From Myxococcota bacterium (lineage in GTDB: Bacteria; Myxococcota_A; UBA796; CAJQPC01), in contig JAZAMN010000019.1 of NCBI GenBank assembly GCA_036229005.1, positions 1-63,661 on the forward strand: a DNA stretch of 63,661 bases, given 5' to 3'. The notes under the pieces were generated by a model. It worked only from the letters and a program-made list of their open reading frames with translations. It was not told where the DNA came from and made no database searches. Numbering within the stretch: the first letter of the stretch is position 1; each line of letters starts with the position of its first letter. Shown here one piece after another: positions 50,701 through 60,100 of this stretch. Made by a program: the position numbers and the translations under genes.

Positions 50701-52751
50701 CTTCCGAGGTGAGCCGCTACGACGAGGTTGGCTTGGCGCCTTGCTGGGATGAGCAGGCAGGGCTGGATCCTGAGGACCCTCAGTTGGACTCCTCCGGCGA
50801 GCCGCTCACCCTGCCGGACATCACCTGTGGTGGCGCAGATCTCACCCTGACCTGCGATCCCTACACCCGCCTCTGGGTGGTGGACTACCAGGGGGTCGAG
50901 GCCTTCGACGGTGGCTACAACGCGGATCTCCCCTCCGATGTGGCCGAGGGCGACTGTGACGACCTCTGCGACCAGCGCTTCCCCGGAAACCCCGAGGTCT
51001 GCGATGGGATGGACAACAACTGCACGGACGACGCCCCGAACTCGGACGACGCGACCCCCTACTACGCGGACCCCTACAACCCCCAGCTGGCCGAGCGCCT
51101 CTGGGACGAGATGGACCGCGACGGTGTCCCGGACGCGATGGACTCGCGCATCGAGCGCATCGGAACGGTGACCGAGAACGAGTTCGACCTGGACCAGGAC
51201 GGCTACATCGGATGTGGGACGGACATCGGCTCTCTGCGGGAGCAGACCATCCCCACCTCAGCCTCCTGCATCGAGGACTTCGAGGACGACATCAAGAAGG
51301 AGGACTGCAACAACACCTGCGCGCTGAGCACCCCAGTCGCCACCGAGGCCTGCAACGGCTTCGCGGACACCTGTGTGGGGGACAGCGAGGGCAGCGATGC
51401 GGACATCGACGATGCCATCGCCTGTGGAATCGGCTCCCTGAACTCCGGAGCATCCCTGGAGGAGGAGGTCTTCCTGCTCGCCTACATCCAGGACGCTCAG
51501 GACGACCCCTCTGAGGAGTCTCCCAGCTCCAGTGCGCCTCAGGACGGCCGTCCTCAGGGCGACATGGGGGCGGTGGACACCGGCTGGTTCCTCTCCTCCC
51601 GGCGCAGCAACTTCGACATCGTGGAGTGTGACCCGGCGCTGATGAGCGAGCCCCTGGCCGCCAAGGATGTCTCCCCCCTAGTGCCCATGCTGCTCCCCCG
51701 CGCCGTCGCCCCGGGTGACGTCGAGGATTGGGAGATCGGCCCCGACGACATCGTCGAGACCGACCAGCTTCTCAAGCAGAACCTCAACGCTCTGGTGGGT
51801 GATGAGAGCGTGGACCAGGCTGTCCGGGACCTCGAGGACCGGCTCGCTGGTCGCCTGTCGGACCGGGACCCGCTGCTGGACTTCTGTGCCTGCGTGAACG
51901 GCTTCGAGAGTGGAGAGCGTGACTGTGATGAGTGGCGCGATGTTGGTCGCTGTGCGGTGGTGAAGGTCACCTTGGACCCCTCCGCCGATGAGGACATCGA
52001 CCTTGAGGTCGAGGAAAACGACTGCGTGAGCGACTACCCCGAGCAGGTCATCACCCGCTCGGTGTGGAACCCGACCCGGATCCTGGAGTCCCGTCAGCGG
52101 GTGGTTGAGTGGGAGTGTCTGCAGCTCTACGGAATGACCTGCACCGAGATCGCTCAGGAGGGCCGCCCGGACACCATCAACTTCGGTGGTGCCACCGAGG
52201 ACTGCGAGAACGGCGTGGATGATGATGCTGACGGTCTCACCGACTGTGACGACCCCGAGTGCACCACCGGCTGTCTCAGCGACCCGGATCCCAGCGACTG
52301 GTGGCTTGAGCTGGACCGCCACACCGTCGAGCTGGTCAAGGAAGGCAACCTGATGGGCTGCTGGGGTGACCCCACCGAGGGCGTTGAGCGCATCACCTCG
52401 GCCACCGGTGGAGACTGTGACAACGCAGACTCCCGCGCGACCCGCTACAACCCCGAAGGCCCCGGTGACCTCTACGGCCGCTTCTGGAACATGGAGCTTG
52501 ACTGCAGCACCTGTCTGGACGGTGTGGACAACAACTGTGACGGTCAGACCGACTGCGCCGACCCGGGCTGTGCAGCCTGCTTCGTCGGCCAGGGCTTCGG
52601 CGTGGGTGGTGGCTCCGAGGACCGCTGCGCCCAGGCTGGTTGCTCCAGCACTGGCCTGAACCGCAGCCAGACCCTGGGCGGCATCGCGTTCGCCTTCCTG
52701 GCCTTCGGTCTGGTGGGCGGTCTGCGCCGTCGCCGTCGCCCCGCTGCCTGA
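44796..52751 (+). CDS. Giant (2651 aa) surface protein: ~14 Cys-paired Ig-like repeats, MopE-type repeats, C-terminal MYXO-CTERM-like anchor
   Basis: Signal-like N-terminus after GAGGAGG; repeated N[TS]xP...TxTC..W...CEVTxxD modules; DCND..PG..E.CDG.DNDC repeats; tail GCSST..hydrophobic..RRRRR. Confidence 0.88.
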   Translation: MADRKVLKLVGGTLVGAGVLGAAAVVYAAAGAAITSDGSGGAAFEDSTLTCTVEPASGQAVTSINWYDSDPASGSPTPIQTTAFSSAADTVETDTLDISAFQTSPDLDSGDTVYCRGVDDGPNNHDASIAISNSAPVAATPGLSSASNYVQDIFTCAPSATDINEDDSLTHTYAWYVGTTSTFGSATLGTGSSAALSAASVGASKGDYIFCQATTSDGTASDSAESAGILVVNTPPEVSAVTATDTGGADGTATCSWTYADDDSDGQTSASVEWFYKATSGASYSVTPDHTSTVSGTATSDTIDLSSTTGGDINGVVKGGQLMCEVTVNDGTDDSAVGSSGDTTVDNTAPTVSGVGVTGTSPGVGDTITCSWSYADGDSDAQVSASVDWFYNSTSGTVFSGSSTTQSVSGASTSKTTTPTAIGASEGDFIGCEVTVNDGTDNSASANGGALEVQNTLPSASGVSVGPASSTVADTLTCNYVLTDPDTSDPDNSTFVWKVAGSAVAGETSSTALASALQAAPTSGGEAITCEVTPTDDDGAGTTVASGSFYLDNTDPIITGPNLSATTVTSGSTLTCSATIQETDYESWSWAMSWVDGSGSTISGTSGTSGSKTSAATVPDTTAKITANVNASNPVYVCKLTVTDIGGSTNQSASASFSNTAPVASSVALSSTAPQVDDTVTCSWTYTDADSDNEGASEVAWKVNGTTQATDTASSGTATGGSNSVSRTMRSLLAAKGSSVTCEVTPKDSNAASGSAVTSSAATVQNTAPVASSVGVSPTAPEVNDSVSCTYTWSDADDFGTADTDSGTTFKWYVNGGLVTSATSQTATAAGLGTDYGTGSNTLSCEVTPSDGSLSGTAVGASTTATVANTDPVATAAITSGTYATGDTVPCSVSGQDDNAQVVSGVVEWFVGGSSTASQTSTLLNFTGGPTTSATASSDSYVIQPSDAGQSIVCKVTYTDAAGATGTAQDSVSAANSAPVISGIGISPSTAATGDTLTCTASVTESDSDSVSVNVNWTSGSTGGTVLSSSSSSFTGPATDSVSDTYTLLGTDVETDVYCVVTANDGTDSDTANTFVHSDNTTPTLSAVVSSGGTSTGSVLTCTGTVTDPDSQTLSWTSEWRRGSATGNLRSSGSGTLSAPATGSTFSDTYTLTASDVASGQDIYCVLEIQDDEGATASDTSIVSPTATVPQLTSGPTLSPSSPKVDEILTCTAVAEDVDEQQITLTYTWNVTRVNTLSAANFSTSSTLVGGAGASSFGGSKTLNLSTGNDFSKNDIVQCTAQPQDAGGAGSAASASVTLANTLPVLSAAAESSSDGTSTYFDSIVTMSYNLSDWDDVDLDSPHLVDQRLFGYEVLNGGTSLSSSTTTATSATIDLSSYSVSRGDTLTFCYTPNDSVGDGTGPSCSNITVDNKPPAAPNIEIDWLANAAGGGTKGATAPRPAKDDLICQPLSTEPVVDDDGDNLTAVVAWYHDADGNGVYANSELVSNPNIITYSPTSGWTGSISDNAVDGVSEVTVEGEIYACELYYTDGTDVSGTVSTSITIGTDCDVDNDGFASTSGTCGGTDCNDGDPAIFPGAAEIVGDTIDQDCDSVDECYLDNDGDGYAGSASVTKPGVDLACSGPYETNDVSVLDCDDDAFLALPGGTEICDGLDNDCVDGVPDDEIDQDGDFYVECGEASVDCEDWAAVDSMNGAWTSTWNKTDSSGGMVDANGNVILGGCDCNDNPADADASKQSPGLVEECELGGVTQIDSDCDGDPNTDSGVAVSDGDEYFRDADGDGFGDATDSAEFCVLPSGYATNSMDCDDRDSLVNPKAAESCNGRDDDCDGSVDNNDYDSLDENSGCLDLYLDNDKDGYADVENTICLCSTGEDSGVEDVIQVTLGSDRYISRIGDCWDYDPDIYPDSGDNIDLIDRWASDPVGYNADFDSEGIARTEVMDGHDNNCDGLIPLIELDCDGDGSFAMLPTDDAPSEVSRYDEVGLAPCWDEQAGLDPEDPQLDSSGEPLTLPDITCGGADLTLTCDPYTRLWVVDYQGVEAFDGGYNADLPSDVAEGDCDDLCDQRFPGNPEVCDGMDNNCTDDAPNSDDATPYYADPYNPQLAERLWDEMDRDGVPDAMDSRIERIGTVTENEFDLDQDGYIGCGTDIGSLREQTIPTSASCIEDFEDDIKKEDCNNTCALSTPVATEACNGFADTCVGDSEGSDADIDDAIACGIGSLNSGASLEEEVFLLAYIQDAQDDPSEESPSSSAPQDGRPQGDMGAVDTGWFLSSRRSNFDIVECDPALMSEPLAAKDVSPLVPMLLPRAVAPGDVEDWEIGPDDIVETDQLLKQNLNALVGDESVDQAVRDLEDRLAGRLSDRDPLLDFCACVNGFESGERDCDEWRDVGRCAVVKVTLDPSADEDIDLEVEENDCVSDYPEQVITRSVWNPTRILESRQRVVEWECLQLYGMTCTEIAQEGRPDTINFGGATEDCENGVDDDADGLTDCDDPECTTGCLSDPDPSDWWLELDRHTVELVKEGNLMGCWGDPTEGVERITSATGGDCDNADSRATRYNPEGPGDLYGRFWNMELDCSTCLDGVDNNCDGQTDCADPGCAACFVGQGFGVGGGSEDRCAQAGCSSTGLNRSQTLGGIAFAFLAFGLVGGLRRRRRPAA

Positions 52752-52774
52752 GACTCTCAGAACCCCGGACGCCA

Positions 52775-54433
52775 ATGCGCTTCGTCGATCACCTCGACGC
52801 CCGCCTGCAACACTGCATGCGGGTGTTGAACCTCCCGCCCCTCGCGAAGGGGACGCTTCAACTCCTGGCTCGAATCGACCTGGATGCCGAGTTCGCGGCC
52901 AGCCTGCAGGAGCGGGACCCTCATCGCCGAAGCGGGGTCCTGAGCTGGGCAGCGCTGCTCTCGGATTTTCTGGATGGCGATGGCCAGGTGCAGGAGCTGG
53001 AAGACACGCTCCACCTGCTCTCCTCCTGGGGCCTGGTCCAGGTGGTTGGGCAGGACCCTCGTGACCCCGTGGTCCCGGGACCCGCGGCCATTCGACTGAG
53101 CTATGCCGGACGCGCTTGCCTGGGGCTTGCCCCGGGGGGGCAGTCTCAGACCGAGGCGGCCGAGACGCTCTCCAGTTGGGAGATCCTGCACACTGCGAGT
53201 CAGGAGCGTGCCTTTGTCGCGGCCCGGCAGGTCGACGCGGATGCGGCGCGAGAAGCGCTTGTGCTCGGCGGTGACGAGCGCCCCAAGAAGGTGGCAGGCG
53301 ACGTCGCGGTTCAGCTCTGCCGGCGCGGTGTCTGCGTGATCGACGCCTTCGGCGCTGGAGAGCGGGCAGAGGGACTCCTCAACAGCCTGCTGCGCGACAC
53401 CCCACCGGTGCGGGGACAGCGGCTGTTGTTGCTGCCGGACCCCGGGAGTGTGCGCATGGCTGCGGTGCGCTCTGGGGCCACCCTGCGCTGGGTGGAGCCC
53501 GAGGTCGAGGCCCGGCGCGACAAGTCCATCCTGGACGCCGAGGTGTCCAGGCTCCTGGGCGCGAAGGAGCTCAACGAGGGGCAGTTCATCGGAGTGCCGG
53601 ACAGCACCTTGGCCGTCCCGCGTCGGGTGAACACCCAGTGGGAAGACCTGATCGTCCCCACCAAGGTGTCCTGGGAGCTGCGGCAGGTCCTGATCCATGC
53701 CCGCTACCGTCTCGGAGAAGAGGGCGCACAGCCCGGACGTGGGAAGGGATACCGTCTGCTCCTGTCTGGCCTCCCTGGCACTGGAAAGTCCATGTGTGCC
53801 GAGGCGCTCGCGACCACGCTGGACCGCCCCTTGGTCAAGCTCGACCTCTCTTCGGTCCTGTCCAAGTGGCTGGGTGAGACCGAGAAGCTGCTCGCCCAGG
53901 TGTTCGATGTGGCCGAGGCCGCTCGCGCTGTGCTTGTCCTCGACGAGGCCGAGGCTCTACTCCGGCAGCGAGACTCCAGCGGCCAGGGAGGTGGGCTGGG
54001 GGCTCTGTCCACCGGGGTCGCCTACCTCCTGACCCGACTGGACCGCTACACGGGTGTTCTGGTTGCGACCACCAACCGGAGCCGGGATCTCGACGAGGCC
54101 TTCTTCCGGCGCTTCGACGACTTCATCGTCCTGCCCATTCCTGACGCTCCGACTCGCCGCATCCTCTGGGAGCGTCAGCTCGACGACTTCGCGGACGATG
54201 TGGACCTCGACTTTGTGGCCCGGCAGTTCGCTCTCAGCGGCGGCCTGATCCAGGGGGCCTCCATCCGGGCCCGAGCCTGGTCCAAGGGGCTGGACCGTGA
54301 GCTGGACACGCCGCTGCTGCTGGCCTCGCTCGCGCGGGAGCTCGACAAGAACGACCGCAGCACGCTGGAGGTTCTCGTTGAGCCCTACCGCGGGCAGGTC
54401 AAGGCCCTCCTCGAAGGGCTTGAGGGCGCTTGA
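52775..54433 (+). CDS. AAA+ ATPase, Afp15/Pvc15-like (contractile injection system-associated type)
   Basis: Walker A GLPGTGKS, DLSSVLSKWLGETEK, Walker B VLVLDEAE, TTN, LDEAFFRRF, LSGG.I; long non-catalytic N-terminal half. Confidence 0.8.
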   Translation: MRFVDHLDARLQHCMRVLNLPPLAKGTLQLLARIDLDAEFAASLQERDPHRRSGVLSWAALLSDFLDGDGQVQELEDTLHLLSSWGLVQVVGQDPRDPVVPGPAAIRLSYAGRACLGLAPGGQSQTEAAETLSSWEILHTASQERAFVAARQVDADAAREALVLGGDERPKKVAGDVAVQLCRRGVCVIDAFGAGERAEGLLNSLLRDTPPVRGQRLLLLPDPGSVRMAAVRSGATLRWVEPEVEARRDKSILDAEVSRLLGAKELNEGQFIGVPDSTLAVPRRVNTQWEDLIVPTKVSWELRQVLIHARYRLGEEGAQPGRGKGYRLLLSGLPGTGKSMCAEALATTLDRPLVKLDLSSVLSKWLGETEKLLAQVFDVAEAARAVLVLDEAEALLRQRDSSGQGGGLGALSTGVAYLLTRLDRYTGVLVATTNRSRDLDEAFFRRFDDFIVLPIPDAPTRRILWERQLDDFADDVDLDFVARQFALSGGLIQGASIRARAWSKGLDRELDTPLLLASLARELDKNDRSTLEVLVEPYRGQVKALLEGLEGA

Positions 54434-54455
54434 GCTTGGTTTAGGGCGGACAGAG

Positions 54456-54484
54456 AAAAGGGCACCCATCACGGGGTGCCCTTT
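54456..54484. terminator. Bidirectional intrinsic terminator between convergent operons
   Basis: AAAGGGCACCC-ATCACG-GGGTGCCCTTT. Confidence 0.8.
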
Positions 54485-54518
54485 GCGTTTGGTCCTCCGC
54501 CCCGGAGTGCGAGGTCTC

Positions 54519-56162
54519 TCAGGGAGAGGCCTCGGCGCTCCCGTCCTGGCTGCCGTTGAGCTGGGCCATGTGGGCGACCGCGCGGACCGCAGAGCGGGCG
54601 CTGTCCTCCATGCTGCGCTCGGAGGGCCAGGGACAGCCTGCCGTGGGGGTGGGCTCAACGCGGAGCTCCCCGCTGGCGACCTTGGTGATGTCGGGGAGCA
54701 CGGGCTGGCCGGGCTCCGCAGGGCCGGAGAGGGAGAGCTGCTCCATCACGAAGGTCTGGGCGCACTGCTCGGCGCTGGTGTTCATCACGCCGCCCACGGG
54801 GGAGGACATCTTGTTGTACTGGTCCCAGACGGTCAGCATCCACAGGTGGGCTTGGCCGGGGGCCACCGCAGGGCGCTCACCCGTGGGGGCGGTGAGGATG
54901 CCCTCCTGGATGGCGCGCAAGCCCTGGGTGTAGGCGTTGGCGGACCACCGGTCCCGCATGCGGGGGTCGGACAGGAGGTCGGAGATGCCGTCCGCCGGGG
55001 TCTCCGCAGTGCCGGTCGCCTCCTCCTGGACGCCGAACTCTCGTGCGGCGCGGTCGGAGAGGGCCCAGCGTCCCATCGCAGCGATCCCGTTCTCGACGGT
55101 CGCGTACTCGGTGGGGCAGACCAGCTTGGGGTCGGGGTGCCAGAGCAGCACGTAGCGAGGGAGGTCGTTGCCGAGCTGCTCCTCCTGCACCAGGCAGAAA
55201 GTCGCGGTCTTGGGCTCGCCCCGGAGGGAAGCCATCACCGCCGTCACGCGCTCCTTGAGGTCGTCGACCCGGTCGAATGCGGTGGCCTCCTCGGTGCCGT
55301 AGCGGGAGCCGCCGCGCTCGGCGGCCAGGATCCCGGTGAAGGAGAGCTGCAGCGCGCCCTCGGCCAACAGTTCCCGCTCTTTCTGCACATCGCCCAGGGC
55401 CTTCACGAGCTCCCCGCGCTCCACGAGGCACTGAGACTCCGCCTGCAGCGCCTTGTCGCGGGCATCCGCGGCGGCGGTCGCGTCCTCGATCGCTTGAGCC
55501 GTCTCCTCCTGCGCGTCCTTGGCCTTGATGTAGGACCAGGCGGCGACCGCGACCGATGCGCCCACGGTGAACAGCACCGCCACCATCGAGCCGATCATCC
55601 AGGGGGAGAGCCCCAGCTTCTTGGCGGCCTCGGTCAGCCACTGCAGGATCTTTGTCTGAGGGACCCGCAGCGTCGCCACGATCGACGGGATCATGTAGGA
55701 GGCGCTGCCCCCCACCTGGAGCGCGCTGCTCTTGCGGGTTCCGCCTCCGCCCACCATCGCCTTGGCGCCCTTGGAGCCGGCGACCGCGGCCTCCAGCGTG
55801 AAGGAGATGGTGCGGAGGTCGCCGAAGTTGACCTCGAAGCGGGACGGGGAGGGGATCTCGATGTTCGAGGTCACCCGGCTCCGCGCATCGGGCCGGATCA
55901 TCTCCACCGTGACCTGGCTGTTCACCAGGACCGTCCGGATGGCGGTCTTCTCGCCACTCCCCACCAAGGTGGCCTCGAAGAGCAGCAGTGCCCCGGGAGG
56001 CGGCGTCGCGGTGCCCTTGCGCAGGATGGTCGCGCGGAGAATGCTCGCGGAGGGGTCGGCGTCCTCGATCACGTAGATCGAGAAGTTCTCGCCGCCTTCC
56101 AGGTCCACGGAGGCGACCAGCGGGCGTCCTCCGGGCTCGATGCACTGAATCGTCTGGCTCAC
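54519..56162 (-). CDS. Bitopic membrane protein with coiled coil and degenerate lytic-transglycosylase-like C-terminal domain
   Basis: Beta-rich N-terminus, TM (MIGSMVAVLFTVGASVAVAAW), heptad-like Ala/Glu segment, GRWALSDRAAREFG...DPRM..WSANAY; GTGA overlap with upstream gene. Confidence 0.65.
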   Translation of the reverse strand: MSQTIQCIEPGGRPLVASVDLEGGENFSIYVIEDADPSASILRATILRKGTATPPPGALLLFEATLVGSGEKTAIRTVLVNSQVTVEMIRPDARSRVTSNIEIPSPSRFEVNFGDLRTISFTLEAAVAGSKGAKAMVGGGGTRKSSALQVGGSASYMIPSIVATLRVPQTKILQWLTEAAKKLGLSPWMIGSMVAVLFTVGASVAVAAWSYIKAKDAQEETAQAIEDATAAADARDKALQAESQCLVERGELVKALGDVQKERELLAEGALQLSFTGILAAERGGSRYGTEEATAFDRVDDLKERVTAVMASLRGEPKTATFCLVQEEQLGNDLPRYVLLWHPDPKLVCPTEYATVENGIAAMGRWALSDRAAREFGVQEEATGTAETPADGISDLLSDPRMRDRWSANAYTQGLRAIQEGILTAPTGERPAVAPGQAHLWMLTVWDQYNKMSSPVGGVMNTSAEQCAQTFVMEQLSLSGPAEPGQPVLPDITKVASGELRVEPTPTAGCPWPSERSMEDSARSAVRAVAHMAQLNGSQDGSAEASP

Positions 56163-57154
56163 GGGGCGCCCTCCTCAGGAGAACCGGGTGCGCCGCGATC
56201 CGGGGCCTGAGGCACGAAGCGAGGCGAGACGCTGGGGGAGAGGTCGACGGCCGCGCCCAGGGGAAGACGCAAGGCCAGGTTCAAAGCCGGCTGCAAGGGG
56301 CGCTGGAGCGCCTGCATCAGGTTGGCGAAGTCCATGTTGGTCAGGTCATGCACCGGCACGACGGAGATGTGGACCTCGTTGGGCTTCTGCAGGTAGGCGG
56401 CGTTCTCCCGGATCCGATCGGCCAGCTCTCCGCCGACGCTCTTTGCGTAGGCCTCGCACATGGTCCACATGGGCTCGCCGATGGGCAGCGGGGGCAGGGT
56501 CGCCTTGATGGTGCGCTCCAGATGGATGCCCGCCGCGATCACCGACAACCCCGGCAAGGCGATGGGCGCGTCCATGGAGCTTCGATCCGAGGTCCCGCGG
56601 CCGCCGTCGTTTGCCACGGCCATGTAGTGCGTGGTCATCGTGAACGCGGGACGCCACCACAGCGAGGGCAGGCGGCCATGCAGGACCTTGCCCTTGGTGA
56701 AGGTCCAGGAGTCCACGCCATTCTCGGGCTGGGCCTTGTACCAGGCGACCAGGGGCTTGGGGAGCGCCTTGAGCTCTGGGTTCGGGTTCGGGCGGGGATA
56801 GCCCTTGTTCGCGCCGACGACGGGGAAGGTCAGCTTCATGGCCTCCGCGAGATCTCGGCCCAACTCGGCCCACTCCTTGGGCACGCCAGACCCCTTGTCA
56901 GGGATGGCCCGGCGAGGTGCGAGGAGGGAGATGCCGTTGGAGGTCTCCACGATCTTGGGAGAGGGCCCCAGGCGGTAGGGGAAGAGCACCACGTAGCTGG
57001 AGGTCGTCCCTTCGGGGGGAAACTGCCCGTAGACTTCGACCGTCTCCAGGCCGGCGTCCCGAAGCATGCGACGGCTCCAGCCGACCAGGCGGTCGTGGAC
57101 CTCGCTGACCACTTCGGCCACATGCGAGTAGCGCGCAGAGGAATCTTGGCTCAT
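56159..57154 (-). CDS. Divergent Pvc16/Afp16 (DUF4255)-like protein
   Basis: VVLFPYRL, THYMAVA and C-terminal LTNMDFANLMQALQRPLQPALNL follow the order of DUF4255 motifs (LxLFLY, LxYLxTA, LSxEExxxLWxAL..PYRPSL); ATGA overlap. Confidence 0.55.
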   Translation of the reverse strand: MSQDSSARYSHVAEVVSEVHDRLVGWSRRMLRDAGLETVEVYGQFPPEGTTSSYVVLFPYRLGPSPKIVETSNGISLLAPRRAIPDKGSGVPKEWAELGRDLAEAMKLTFPVVGANKGYPRPNPNPELKALPKPLVAWYKAQPENGVDSWTFTKGKVLHGRLPSLWWRPAFTMTTHYMAVANDGGRGTSDRSSMDAPIALPGLSVIAAGIHLERTIKATLPPLPIGEPMWTMCEAYAKSVGGELADRIRENAAYLQKPNEVHISVVPVHDLTNMDFANLMQALQRPLQPALNLALRLPLGAAVDLSPSVSPRFVPQAPDRGAPGSPEEGAP

Positions 57155-60100
57155 TGGGGCAGCTCCGAGGGCACGTCCGGCTCCTTCTGGTCGCCTCTGA
57201 GGCGGTACTGGCCGCGCACACCGATCAGGACGGTGTTGCTGCTCTCAAGGTCGTAGTAGCGGTCACCATCGGCGCCGGCTGCATCAGTCAGGTTGGAGAG
57301 CATCCCGCCCCGCTGGTAGCGAAGGTAGGGACCGAGCACAAAGTTGGGGTGGTAAGGCGTGAAGCTCGCCTGCGGGCTGGTCTTGCGCCGGACACCCCAG
57401 GACATCCAGTACTCAGCGCTCAGCGTGTACTCCATGCCGTTGTAGCCGGGGCCCACCAAGAACCCGCCGCGCACACCGTGCTGTCCGCGGGAGAGGTCCG
57501 AGCTGCCGTCTGCACGGTCTGCACCCCAGGGGTAGCCCAGTGCGAGGGAGCGCCGCAGCGGTCGAGGGTCTGGGGCGTGACGGATGCCCACGCTCAGACC
57601 GAGCTGGGGGCGCATGGTGAATGCGTAGTTCGGGTTGTCGCCGTCGCAGTCAACAAAGTTGCAGCTCAGGGAGGCCCCCGGGATCACGGCGTCCATGCGG
57701 AGCTCAGGCCCGGTCTCGATGGCGACACGCCAGTCCTTCTGGAACCAGAGGGTCGCGTAGACCCCAAAGTCGATGCTCAGGCCGTCGGAGTACAGGGGAG
57801 GCAGCACCTGGTTGCTCGCGCAGGGCGAGATGACATCCAGATCCTGGACGTTCGGGCTGCAGAAGTAGTTGACCTGCCGGTAGGGGAAGTAGCCGAGCCC
57901 GCCTACGATGTTGATGTCGGTGGTCTTGGGGCGTGCCCAGCGCGGGGCCTTTGCATTCGCCTCTACCGACTCGGTGGCGGAGTAGGCGGGGAACACGGGG
58001 GCTCCGAGGCGGCCCGGCTTGGCGCTACCGCGCACGTACCAGGCCCAGGAGGCTGTGCGGACCGTGCCCACGCGCCAGGCCCGCGACTGGGTGCGCGCGT
58101 AGGAGGTCCGCGGGCGACGGTCCATCAAGGGAGTCCAGCGACCGGGAGCGTGGTTGTCCACCACCACAAGGAGCATGTCCTCGCGCTCGCCACTGGATGC
58201 ATAGTCGCGGACCTGGGCGCGGATGAGCTCAGAGAGGTAGGAATAGGTGTTCGGATCCACCTTCGCCGGCGGCTCATCCGAGAACTTGCGGGGAACCAGT
58301 CGCTTGGCGATCTGCGCCACGATGGGCGGCCAGGCCGTCAGGCGGTCCTCCAGCTCAAGGTCACGCCGACGGACGTGGTCGGTGTGGGCGAACTCGCCGT
58401 CCAGGAGCGCGGCTCGCACCAGGGTGGGGACCAGGTCCTTTGGCGCAAGCACCGTGTCCTCGCAGATCGCTGCGGTGCGGAAGCTCAGGCGCACGCCGGA
58501 GGGGTTGTCGTCGATGGACGGCATGTCCTCGATGGCCCAGAGGATGTGCCAGCCCGTCCAGATCTCCCAGCGGATCCGGTAGAGCGCCTTGTCGCCGGGC
58601 ATCCCCACCAGGCGGGTGAGCGCGGGCTCGGTGACGAAGGGGTTGTCCAGCATGGAGAAGGGGACCTGCTCGCGGCTCTCCCACATGACCCGGTCGCGCT
58701 CCATCTCGAGCTCGTGGGCCGTGAGCTGCTCGAAGGGGACCTCTCCGTCCGGGGCTTCGACCAGGATGTCCAGGTGGACTGCGCCGAAGCTCTCCTCCTT
58801 GAGCGCGTTGGTGCCGTCGGCTGTGGAGCAGACCGCGACGGGGTCGATCGCCCCCAGGCCCTGGGGAATCGGAGTCGCGGCGTAGCGGTGGGTCGCGAGC
58901 GTGGAGGCCCAGGCGCCCGCGGAGGTCTCCACGACGTCGCCGGGAGCAGACTTCACGCCGGGCGAGTCATCGAAGGTCCCCGCCATCTTCTGGGTCGCGT
59001 GGTCCAGCAGCAGCCAGGTCTCGCGCTGGTCACGCTCATCAGGGGCGAGCTGGCGCATCAGCACGGCCAGCACGATGCGCTTGACGCGGTTCTTCACGAC
59101 GTCGTGCTTGGAGCCGTCGAAGTTGGTGTTCGCCCACTGCTCGATCTCCATGAGGTCGACGGAGCGGAGCGGCTTCACGTCGCCGCGCCAGAGCTCAACC
59201 AACGACTCGTAGATCCGGTCGTTGATCTCCAACATCATCTCGTCGGTGACGCGCACCCCGTACAAGGTGGTCAGATCGAGGATGTAGCGCTCGACGAGGG
59301 GGGTGGGGACGTCTTCGTAGGACAGGTCGAAGCCGCCCTCCACCGAGTAGAAGGCGCCGGCGGTGCGGGCGGCGATCTCTTCGGCGGTGTCGGTCTCGCC
59401 CATGGAGCCCGCGTTCAGGCGTCGGCTGCTGCGTCCGGAGATGTCCGCGGCTCCAGGGGGGTAGAGCATCGCGGTCAGCGCCGTCATCGCGCGCATCTGG
59501 TTGACCGTGAACTCCTCCATCGCGAACTGGGCGATCTGGACCTGCAGGAGGCGGGAGAAGGCCACGAACTCCGCGCTCGCGTAGGTCTCGACCTCCATGA
59601 AGGAGGGGGTGCCCAGGATCTCGAGCTTGGTGTTGCGCTCGCGCAGGTCGACCAGCTCGGTGCGGCTGGTGTTGCCGTTGTCGTCGCTGAGCAGAGGCCG
59701 GGTGAGCATCCCCTCGATGCCCGCGGACGCGAAAGTGCCCGGGCTCTCGTAGGGGTACATCTGCTCAAAGAACGGGCCGGAGGACTTGGGGTCGCCGTGG
59801 AAGATGTCGTAGGCGCGGAGCTGCCCCTGGTAGCCCAGACGTTCAGCGAAGCGGCCCTGCATCAAGACCAACTGCGGGGCACCCTCGAAGGCGCCGCTGC
59901 CATCGTCGAAGTACTGGAGATCCCGGTAGATGGGGGTGCCGGACTGGGCCTCGATCCAGAAGTCCGGAGCCAGCCAGACCTCCTCGTCGGGGAGCGCGTA
60001 CTGGCCACCCCGGGTGCGCACGCTGGCGCTCCACTGCTCGTTGGTGGTGGGGAGCGCGGTGAACCCTTCCCGCTGCAGGGACTGTCCGATGTCCCCGTCC

